Origin: a virus
Taxonomy: Duplodnaviria; Caudoviricetes
Reading direction: 5' to 3' (one strand)
Length of the DNA stretch: 39,051 nucleotides
Virus record (IMG/VR): IMGVR_UViG_3300033067_002375
Location: 1-39,051 of that record
The notes under the pieces were generated by a model. That model did not search any database. It was not told the origin of the DNA and saw only the letters and a program-made list of their open reading frames with translations. Below, piece by piece: positions 28,469 through 35,388 of the stretch (its first letter is position 1; each line of letters starts with the position of its first letter). The position numbers and the translations under genes were made by a program.

Positions 28469-29305
28469 TCATTGCTTCTGACAATGAGCATTTATGGCCT
28501 CAAATATTTCAAAGGCTATTTGTGGAACTATGGCGTTTCCAAGCCCCTTAAGTCTGTCCACCCTGCCGGGTAGCCCATCAACCACTCTACCCACTCCGGG
28601 TTCAGTTTCCCACCAGCTACTGCATTTAGGGGCAAAGAATTTCGTTCCATCTGTGAACTGCTCCCGTTGTTCTTTGCATCCTGTGTCGTTGGTGTTGGCA
28701 GAAATAAAACCTGATTCGCTAATCCTGCGTTGCTGCTTCCTCCGGCCTTGTTCCTTAATCGTATTGTTCCCGTTTCCGTCAGGTAAAGATTTGATACTTT
28801 CTTTTTGCTCATAATTCCATCTGATGCTGTTGGAGTAAGCCACAATCCATACTCTATCTCTGCGATGCCAAGCGTTTTTACCGCAAGCTGGAATAATAAA
28901 CGTTTCTGTGGTGTAATCCTGTACTTCCAGGTCAGAAAGCACCGTGTCGAGTGCCAAGCCGATGATGCCAGTAACATTTTCGCCAACAATAAAGGACGGC
29001 TTAACCTCTCCGATGATTCTAAGCATTTCTTCCCAGAGGTAACGGTCATCATCTTTGCCTTTTCGTTGCCCGGCAACGCTGAATGGCTGGCAAGGGAATC
29101 CACCGGAAATAATATCAACTGTTCCATAATATTCGTTTGCTTTAAATTCTTTTATATCAGTATATCGTTTTGTATCAGGAAAATTTTTAGCTAATACTTT
29201 TCTACACCATTCATCTTTTTCACAGGAAAATATATTGTTCCATCCGGCCCAATGTGCTGCTAAATCAAATCCTCCTATTCCGCTAAATAAACTTCCGTGA
29301 TTCAT
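28469..29305 (-). CDS. DNA (cytosine-5) methyltransferase, main polypeptide, cassette 4
   Basis: Motifs I FSGIGG, IV GFPCQ, VI ENV, VIII HRRDRVW and X LGNAIVPQ; no clear motif IX. Confidence 0.92.
   Translation of the reverse strand: MNHGSLFSGIGGFDLAAHWAGWNNIFSCEKDEWCRKVLAKNFPDTKRYTDIKEFKANEYYGTVDIISGGFPCQPFSVAGQRKGKDDDRYLWEEMLRIIGEVKPSFIVGENVTGIIGLALDTVLSDLEVQDYTTETFIIPACGKNAWHRRDRVWIVAYSNSIRWNYEQKESIKSLPDGNGNNTIKEQGRRKQQRRISESGFISANTNDTGCKEQREQFTDGTKFFAPKCSSWWETEPGVGRVVDGLPGRVDRLKGLGNAIVPQIAFEIFEAINAHCQKQ
28528..29127 (-). CDS. Nested alternative-frame methyltransferase subunit (TRD / motif IX-bearing)
   Basis: 199-aa ATG-initiated ORF wholly inside the MTase gene, with WLTPT/LPTPT and LNPEWVEWLMGYPAGWT. 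Confidence 0.75.
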   Translation of the reverse strand: MEQLILFPVDSLASHSALPGNEKAKMMTVTSGKKCLESSERLSRPLLLAKMLLASSAWHSTRCFLTWKYRITPQKRLLFQLAVKTLGIAEIEYGLWLTPTASDGIMSKKKVSNLYLTETGTIRLRNKAGGSSNAGLANQVLFLPTPTTQDAKNNGSSSQMERNSLPLNAVAGGKLNPEWVEWLMGYPAGWTDLRGLETP

Positions 29306-29352
29306 AACTCTTTTATAATTTGAAGTGAAGCTCCGCAGCTAAAAAAAACAAA

Positions 29353-29486
29353 AACTAACAAACGGTTTGCTGCAATAGTGGCTTGACAATCCACATTTCA
29401 ACTTTATATCTTTAATCGGCTGCATCAAGTAAATGAACTTTGGTTTTTCAAATTCCACTACTGACAGCAAGCCGCAAACGTTAGCA
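29353..29486 (+). repeat. attC-like site 4
   Basis: AACTAAC-AAA-CGGTTTGCTGCAATAGTGG ... CCACTACTGACAGCAAGCCG-CAAAC-G|TTAGCA; 134 bp. Confidence 0.85.
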
Positions 29487-29825
29487 GTCATTGCTACCAT
29501 ACGTTTCCAAATCGAAAATTTCGCCACATTGGTCTTTATATTGAAATTTAAAATTGTCTGTAAAATTTCTATGCAAAGAAGCACTTGAAAAAACTTTTTT
29601 ACGCTGAACACAACTTGCAATATCTTCAATCTTTGCCCTTCCGAAATCGTGGCTATCACCGCTTAAAGTGAATATTGAATTATCTCTATCAAGTGTCCAC
29701 CATCCACCGCCTTTTACTTTTGTAATATCGGTTGCAAGTTGTTTGTGGTAAGTGCATTTTGCCACTATCAGACAATCGCCTTCTTGTTCGTCTGTTTCTA
29801 TTATGAATTTTGGGAATACATCCAT
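29481..29825 (-). CDS. Hypothetical protein, cassette 5
   Basis: 114 aa (H...GGGWW...GDSHDFG); stop TAA lies in the cassette junction. Confidence 0.75.
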   Translation of the reverse strand: MDVFPKFIIETDEQEGDCLIVAKCTYHKQLATDITKVKGGGWWTLDRDNSIFTLSGDSHDFGRAKIEDIASCVQRKKVFSSASLHRNFTDNFKFQYKDQCGEIFDLETYGSNDC

Positions 29826-29864
29826 TTTTTAATTGAGTTTTGTTGTTAATAATCCGCAACGAAC

Positions 29865-29961
29865 TGCTAACAGGGGTTTTGCGTCATTGCCCCATCAGCA
29901 TTCGTTTTTAATTTGAAAATCCTACAAGGGGCAACGAACGCAAAGCCCCAAAACGTATCAT
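29865..29961 (+). repeat. attC-like site 5 (terminal; right arm joined to phage backbone)
   Basis: TGCTAAC-A-GGGGTTTTGCGTCATTGCCCC ... GGGGCAACGAACGCAAAGCCCC-AAAAC-G|TATCAT; 97 bp. Confidence 0.8.
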
Positions 29962-30803
29962 ATATTGATGTTTGTAAATGCTGGAAATTGCCTTACCTGC
30001 AAATCATCGGGTATTGGTTGCACTTTATCAATCTGTTTAAAGAAATAAGGAACATTTGCCCGTTCACAATGAGCCTTCATATCATAAGCCCATTGCAGGT
30101 TAAAAGGGCGCTTATGATGCCCACTTTCACCTCCCTGTATAATCCAATCAATAGCGCTTCCTGGTTTACCGGTACGGGCATCTTTAGTTAATTCCAACAG
30201 CGGATAAAGATTGATTGGCCCCAACTGTGGTTCAATTGAAAGAAAGCGTTTGCCGTTAACTTCCAATAACTGTAAAACAAGCTTTTCAGCAGTTTCCCGA
30301 TCCACGGGGCTGGTGCCAAACATTACATTTTTTGGTGGCTCTTCTTTCCAATGCTCAGGTATATATTTATTTATATTTGAAGGTCTTTTTGTTAATAACA
30401 GAAACATCAAATTTTCGTACATCTGTAAATCAATGTTATTAAAAAATTCATCTCTTAACAATCCAGTATTAGTTTTCCAAGTACTTGAACTATTGCAATA
30501 AACTTGATTTCCTTTTGCATCAACAACATTCATAGGTTTTTCAAAAATATCCATCATGCTGCCAACAAAAACACGGTGCATTTCCCCTGCCTCTTTTGCC
30601 AACCGTTGGTATTTGTCCAAATCTTTCCAAACTGATTTTATTTTCAAACGGGGTACATTATTTCCCCAATTACTATTTTCAGGATGCCAATGATGGTTTT
30701 GAACCCTTGCATAACAATTATCACAACCAGCATGTACCTCAGTGCATCCATGCCAAAGGTTTGCTGTGTGGTGCGTCCACTCTATTTTTGAATTTTGTGC
30801 CAT
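29958..30803 (-). CDS. DUF5131 / phage gp37-gp68 family (radical-SAM-like) protein
   Basis: 'SKIEWT...GCTEVHAGCDNCYA', 'LLTKRP', 'FLSIEP', 'WIIQGGESG', 'PYFFKQ'. Confidence 0.9.
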   Translation of the reverse strand: MAQNSKIEWTHHTANLWHGCTEVHAGCDNCYARVQNHHWHPENSNWGNNVPRLKIKSVWKDLDKYQRLAKEAGEMHRVFVGSMMDIFEKPMNVVDAKGNQVYCNSSSTWKTNTGLLRDEFFNNIDLQMYENLMFLLLTKRPSNINKYIPEHWKEEPPKNVMFGTSPVDRETAEKLVLQLLEVNGKRFLSIEPQLGPINLYPLLELTKDARTGKPGSAIDWIIQGGESGHHKRPFNLQWAYDMKAHCERANVPYFFKQIDKVQPIPDDLQVRQFPAFTNINI

Positions 30804-30807
30804 TGTA

Positions 30808-31014
30808 TTAATTTGAGTGCTTTAAAAAAATTACTTCCTCTTTTTTGCTGATAATATCTGGGCATCTTAAACCGAGCTTTGCAGCCAGTATTTGGTATTT
30901 TAACAGGCTGCCTTTATCGCTTACCTGGTACACCTGTTTTGTTGAATCTTTTGATCGGTAAAACTGATCGCCGGGTTTAAGCTTTGATGCTGTTGTAAGT
31001 GTTAATGCTTTCAT
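30808..31014 (-). CDS. Small hypothetical protein
   Basis: 68 aa, ATG start, co-oriented with the operon; resembles 2656-2841. Confidence 0.65.
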   Translation of the reverse strand: MKALTLTTASKLKPGDQFYRSKDSTKQVYQVSDKGSLLKYQILAAKLGLRCPDIISKKEEVIFLKHSN

Positions 31015-31037
31015 TTTGTGGTTTTAAGTATTGAAAT

Positions 31038-31072
31038 AAAAAAAGGCCGCCCCGATATATCGGAAACGGCCT
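31038..31072 (-). terminator. Intrinsic terminator after gam
   Basis: AGGCCG...CGGCCT stem with inner CCGAT/ATCGG, followed by a T7 run on the minus strand. Confidence 0.65.
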
Positions 31073-31083
31073 CTAACCAAAAA

Positions 31084-31608
31084 CTAAACTGCAACCTCTT
31101 CTTTCTTTGGTTCAACAAAGAATGTTTCATCCTGATCAACATAAATACCGCAGGAACTAAATTTCTGCATGGTTTCCGGTTCCTCCCTATCAGATAACAG
31201 GCGATCTTTTGCCGGCTCCTCAATAGTTCTTACATAAGATGGAAGATGTACTTTAAGCAGGTTTAAAACTGAGGGCCATGTAAACCCTTTAAGCGTTTTT
31301 AATTTAGGTGTACCGGTACGGAAACCAATAATGCCATGTGCAAAATCCAAACTTTTCTTTTTGCCAAACTCATCCCGATTACTTTCTGCATAAGCCTGCA
31401 TAATTTCAAATTTTTCCTCTTTGGTTTCTGTAAGCTCATTCAATTCATCTGTATATTTTTGCCTGATCTTTGTAATTTCCAAATCCATTTTGGAAGTAAT
31501 CTGCTGCTGCCTTGCATCGGCACCTGCAAATTCTGCAAATGCTTCCTCAGCAATATCACGGGTGATGTTACCTTTTAATACTTTTTTTACTCTTTTGTTT
31601 GTTGCCAT
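31084..31608 (-). CDS. gam: Mu Gam-like DNA end-protection (host nuclease inhibitor) protein
   Basis: 174 aa; coiled-coil N-terminus, 'KKSLDFAHGIIGFRTGTPKL', 'QDETFFVEP'. Confidence 0.88.
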   Translation of the reverse strand: MATNKRVKKVLKGNITRDIAEEAFAEFAGADARQQQITSKMDLEITKIRQKYTDELNELTETKEEKFEIMQAYAESNRDEFGKKKSLDFAHGIIGFRTGTPKLKTLKGFTWPSVLNLLKVHLPSYVRTIEEPAKDRLLSDREEPETMQKFSSCGIYVDQDETFFVEPKKEEVAV

Positions 31609-31645
31609 TTTTTTTTCTTTTTATATTGTTCTTTAAAATTGTTTA

Positions 31646-31852
31646 CTAATTCATCAGGCTTTTTTTATCGCCATATTTAAACATCAGCCAGTTGGCAGAT
31701 TTACTTACTTTTTCTTCGCCCAACAGGGGTGTAAAAACCTCTGTAAATCTTTCAATCATATCCCAACAGCAATTGAGTTGCTCGGGGTGTATGCAGCTTT
31801 CGATATTATCGGCAATTAGCTTTTCGTATGGTTCAAAATTTTCGGGTTTCAT
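31646..31852 (-). CDS. Hypothetical protein
   Basis: ATG 31852 (MKPENF...) avoids overlap with the upstream gene. Confidence 0.6.
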   Translation of the reverse strand: MKPENFEPYEKLIADNIESCIHPEQLNCCWDMIERFTEVFTPLLGEEKVSKSANWLMFKYGDKKSLMN

Positions 31853-31856
31853 GTTT

Positions 31857-32186
31857 TTATTGATATAGTTTATGAATTTGGTTACAAACTGTAAGCAGCT
31901 TAACATCGAGTGAGCTTACTAAATTACCTTTGGTAAAACCGATGAGTATATACTCGTGGTAAAGCATCCTGAGTGCTATGGCCTGAGCTGCTGAAAGGTT
32001 TAATTTGTATTCTGTTTTAAACTCCAGCATCTTTTTTTCAATTTGCAGGCTTATTTCTGCAAGGCAGGCCAACATCAACTGTTCTTCTATTTGCGGCTCA
32101 GGGATGTTTTCAAATACATACTTAATTACCTGGTTAAGTGCTGAAAAATCATCTTTACCAAATGTTGTTTTAAAATTGGATGCCAT
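31857..32186 (-). CDS. Hypothetical protein
   Basis: 109 aa, packed in the early operon. Confidence 0.7.
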   Translation of the reverse strand: MASNFKTTFGKDDFSALNQVIKYVFENIPEPQIEEQLMLACLAEISLQIEKKMLEFKTEYKLNLSAAQAIALRMLYHEYILIGFTKGNLVSSLDVKLLTVCNQIHKLYQ

Positions 32187-32556
32187 GTAGTTTGCTTATA
32201 GCATTTAAAAAGTGAGTAAATTGTTTATGGGCTTCAAATGTGGTTAACATCGTTTGCTTTTTTAGCCCGTAAGCCTTGGGTGTTTTTACGGAAACATAAT
32301 CCAGCAGGGTTTCATCGTGCTGAGTGTAATAACATAGCCACCAATCCCAAAAACCAAATGCCTTATCCATAAGCAGTGCATTGGCTGCCGGTGTTTTTTC
32401 GATATGCATTTCAACAAATCGGCAGCCGGTATCAAACATGGTGTGCAACCATATTTCATCTGTAAGGCCGCAAAGGCTTTTAATTTTTTCAACTACCTGT
32501 TGTTTTTCAACAGCGGCGGTATTGGTGGTGGTATTTATTTTAAACATGCTTTTCAT
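32170..32556 (-). CDS. Hypothetical protein
   Basis: 128 aa with FWDWW motif, packed in the early operon. Confidence 0.7.
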   Translation of the reverse strand: MKSMFKINTTTNTAAVEKQQVVEKIKSLCGLTDEIWLHTMFDTGCRFVEMHIEKTPAANALLMDKAFGFWDWWLCYYTQHDETLLDYVSVKTPKAYGLKKQTMLTTFEAHKQFTHFLNAISKLHGIQF

Positions 32557-32965
32557 CTTCTATAATTTTGGCCTGCTCAATAATTTTTGCTTGTGCTATT
32601 TCTATAAGTTTTATAATGGCCTCATCTTTACATTGCAACCTGTCTTTTATTACATTTAAGGCGTGTATAACAGTTGTACGATCTCTTTGTATTTTAACTG
32701 CTATATGTGCCGTTTTCATTTTTTTTACTTGATGTAACAGGTAACAGATAACCATACGGGCATCACTAACATGCACCGGGCCTTTATATGGTTTTAGCAA
32801 TTCAATCTTTGATACACCTGCCTGCCTGCATACGATGCTTATAATATCTACCTCGGCAAAAAAGCTTTCATCAAACACATAAACTTTTAACAGCTTGTTA
32901 CTGAAACGGGTTTGCAACTGCTTTTCAAATCCTATAATCCAATCCTCTAAGGTTTCTGTTTGCAT
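32540..32965 (-). CDS. DnaA C-terminal-like HTH protein
   Basis: 'IISIVC...SDARMVICYL...IA..IQRDRTTVIHAL' matches the DnaA domain IV signature (RDHTTV). Confidence 0.8.
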   Translation of the reverse strand: MQTETLEDWIIGFEKQLQTRFSNKLLKVYVFDESFFAEVDIISIVCRQAGVSKIELLKPYKGPVHVSDARMVICYLLHQVKKMKTAHIAVKIQRDRTTVIHALNVIKDRLQCKDEAIIKLIEIAQAKIIEQAKIIEDEKHV

Positions 32966-32967
32966 AA

Positions 32968-33216
32968 CTATATTTTTAACAATTCGCCACTGCGGCTAAT
33001 AACCCATAGTTCTAAAATCCTGTCGCTTAGTGCAACTCTTACAGGGTTTTCGCCTTTGGGCTGTTTAAGTTGTTTATTGCCATCGTTAACAACGTTTTCG
33101 TTCAATGCATCGTATGCATCGCCATAATCGCTAAAATGCAACGGATCGGATAACCAGGTATCGCCCATTTCACTGTTTTGGGGTAGCTCTACTACCATAA
33201 ATTCTTTTTTGCTCAT
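32968..33216 (-). CDS. Hypothetical protein
   Basis: 82 aa, packed in the early operon. Confidence 0.65.
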   Translation of the reverse strand: MSKKEFMVVELPQNSEMGDTWLSDPLHFSDYGDAYDALNENVVNDGNKQLKQPKGENPVRVALSDRILELWVISRSGELLKI

Positions 33217-33231
33217 AGTGTTGTTTTTTAT

Positions 33232-33864
33232 TTAGTGTGTTAATTCGGTTTTTGTACCCCAATACAGGGCTGCTTTGTTTTCATCAATACTTATGGTGCC
33301 GCCTGGTACCCTGCCCGAAATTTGAGCCTCTAAACCAACCACATGCACAATTATTTTGGCAAACTTTTTACAGCGTTTTGCCAGTGCTGTGTAGGGTTCT
33401 CTTTTTTCCTCGTGTGCTAAGAAGATGAACAGTTTATTTGGAAACTCTCTTAGCAATACATTGAAATCGGCAGCTTTCATTTCATCGGCATAAACAGTGG
33501 CATTATCAATAAAAATTACATCGGCACATTTGCGGCTTTTTAATTTCTCTCTCAGCTCATCTATGCTTAAATACTCATTAAACTTTAATGCAGTATTTTT
33601 ATCGCTAATTTTTGCCCGCTTGCATGCTGCAACAAAATCTTTATTGATACCTTCCTCGGCACTTATGTAAAGAACTTTTTTAAACTTGCTCAGGTAATCG
33701 GCCAGCATTAAAGCGAACCATGTTTTACCATTTTTTTCTATTCCCCAAATAATCCAAACACCGGTTGTTTCAGGATTGCCAAAAGCTTTAAGCCATAGGC
33801 TATCAAAAGGGAACTCATTAAATTTTTTATCGTACAGGTTTCTAATACTAAGGTTCCGGGCCAT
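33232..33864 (-). CDS. P-loop ATPase (RecA/Sms-like)
   Basis: Walker A GIEKNGKT, 'VLYISAEEG', Walker B VIFIDN. Confidence 0.85.
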   Translation of the reverse strand: MARNLSIRNLYDKKFNEFPFDSLWLKAFGNPETTGVWIIWGIEKNGKTWFALMLADYLSKFKKVLYISAEEGINKDFVAACKRAKISDKNTALKFNEYLSIDELREKLKSRKCADVIFIDNATVYADEMKAADFNVLLREFPNKLFIFLAHEEKREPYTALAKRCKKFAKIIVHVVGLEAQISGRVPGGTISIDENKAALYWGTKTELTH

Positions 33865-33867
33865 ACA

Positions 33868-34227
33868 TCAATTTTCTTCGCTTAATTCAATCAGGGTTTC
33901 TTTTAATACTTGCAGCCTTTCAATTTCATCGCCCTTTTTTTGCAGGCTTATTATCCATTCTAAATATTGCTGCACACCTGGTATGCCATTTTTTTTGTAC
34001 CTGTTCCTTAACCTACGGTTATGGTTTGCAGGGGAAATAACCGGGTAATGCCATGTGTACACCTTTTCAGGATCAATGGCTTCACCATCTATTTCCTCAA
34101 TGCTGTTCCATCCTATAATTTCGGCACCGGTTACCTTATGTTTTTCAACACTATGGCATTGTACCTGCGGTAACATGCCTGCTAATTGGCTCAGTAAATT
34201 GGATATTGTTGTTGTAAGTAGATACAT
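33868..34227 (-). CDS. Hypothetical protein
   Basis: 119 aa, packed in the early operon. Confidence 0.7.
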   Translation of the reverse strand: MYLLTTTISNLLSQLAGMLPQVQCHSVEKHKVTGAEIIGWNSIEEIDGEAIDPEKVYTWHYPVISPANHNRRLRNRYKKNGIPGVQQYLEWIISLQKKGDEIERLQVLKETLIELSEEN

Positions 34228-34229
34228 TT

Positions 34230-34463
34230 TTATGAGTGTATTATTTTAATATTGTTGTTAAAAAATTGAACTGCTGTATTAAAATCAATGTTGTTGTTAA
34301 AGCTGTCTGGAAACTCATCAAACAGGTCTTTAATATTACCGGTATCATTGATGCCAACAAACAGTGGATGCCTTATATCCTGTACAAAAACTGCTTTAGT
34401 TGGCACTGTTTGATATGCAACAGAAACATGATCATTGATTACGCAAAACATTTTTTGTACCAT
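34230..34463 (-). CDS. Hypothetical protein
   Basis: 77 aa, packed in the early operon. Confidence 0.6.
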   Translation of the reverse strand: MVQKMFCVINDHVSVAYQTVPTKAVFVQDIRHPLFVGINDTGNIKDLFDEFPDSFNNNIDFNTAVQFFNNNIKIIHS

Positions 34464-34465
34464 AG

Positions 34466-35368
34466 CTATTTATTTAAAAGTATGAGTGATTCAATACGGC
34501 GTAAGCCTGAATACTCACCACTGTTGGTGTTTTGTACCAGGGCTTTATTAACTATGGTATTCAGGTTTGCTTTGTTGGTTAAATTGGCTTTAACTACATC
34601 GGTTATGAGTTTTTTGTAAAAGGCATGTTTTTCCCGGTTATCATCAGGGGTAATGGTATTGTAAGTGGCACCATATCGGTTGAACATTTCATAAAAACCA
34701 ACTTTTCGGTTTTTCTTTCCCCTTTCAATCCAATCCCTTAATGCATCGGCACCGATCATATACCAGCCACATGCACCCTCAGTGCCATTCCACAGCTCTT
34801 TGCAAACCAAAAAGGTTTCATATCTCATATCACCTGCCTCATCCAGTAAAACAACAGGATCAGGCAATGCCTTAAGCATGAATTTGATCCTGCTTTTTAA
34901 CTCAACAATTTTTTGGTTTGGATTGATGCCGATATTTTTTGCAAGTGTGCGGATAAACTCTATTTTTCCAGCACACTGGCTCATATCAACATAAAAGCAG
35001 TTTTTTAAAGTTTTGGAAAGATGCTTTGCAGTGGTTGTTTTGCCAATATCTGAATTATCAACACATATCATGCTTTTTGCATTGGATTTGCAAAACAAAA
35101 TTTCTTCCTCAATCATGGTGAAAACATCAGTACGTACAATGTTCCATTTGCGCTTACTGAAATCAATATTTAGTTCATATCCTAAATCAACCCATTTGCT
35201 ATCACGGATAAGGCCATCAAAATCTTTGGAATTTTTTAAACGGCTTAATACAGAACTATTAATGCCAAGGCTATGGCTAAATTGCTCATCGCTGCCGTCA
35301 AAGTTTTTACGTTTGTCAAAAATTGCAGTAACTATCTGCTGTTTTTGTGGTGTGCTTAATTGTATCAT
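34466..35368 (-). CDS. MuB-like transposition AAA+ ATPase
   Basis: N-terminal HTH 'SLGINSSVLSRL', Walker A variant DNSDIGKT, Walker B VLLDEAG; follows the transposase. Confidence 0.88.
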   Translation of the reverse strand: MIQLSTPQKQQIVTAIFDKRKNFDGSDEQFSHSLGINSSVLSRLKNSKDFDGLIRDSKWVDLGYELNIDFSKRKWNIVRTDVFTMIEEEILFCKSNAKSMICVDNSDIGKTTTAKHLSKTLKNCFYVDMSQCAGKIEFIRTLAKNIGINPNQKIVELKSRIKFMLKALPDPVVLLDEAGDMRYETFLVCKELWNGTEGACGWYMIGADALRDWIERGKKNRKVGFYEMFNRYGATYNTITPDDNREKHAFYKKLITDVVKANLTNKANLNTIVNKALVQNTNSGEYSGLRRIESLILLNK

Positions 35369-35388
35369 GTTTTTGGGTTTAGCTTGGT

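Larger units (their letters stand above)
26774..29955 (+). mobile_element. Array of five integron-like gene cassettes without an integrase (CALIN-like)
   Basis: Cassettes 26774-27637, 27638-28099, 28100-28423, 28424-29480 and 29481-29955. Each begins G|TT..., complementary to the ...TAAC arm of its own downstream palindrome. Confidence 0.88.

Noticed and set aside
27511-29961. Palindromes as simple terminators or as a CRISPR array
   Set aside because: No poly-T tails, the units differ in sequence, the spacers are whole genes, and cross-matching of cassette ends is explained only by recombination.
31011-31223. Alternative-frame ORF overlapping the end of gam
   Set aside because: Runs through the terminator hairpin and has no recognisable motif.
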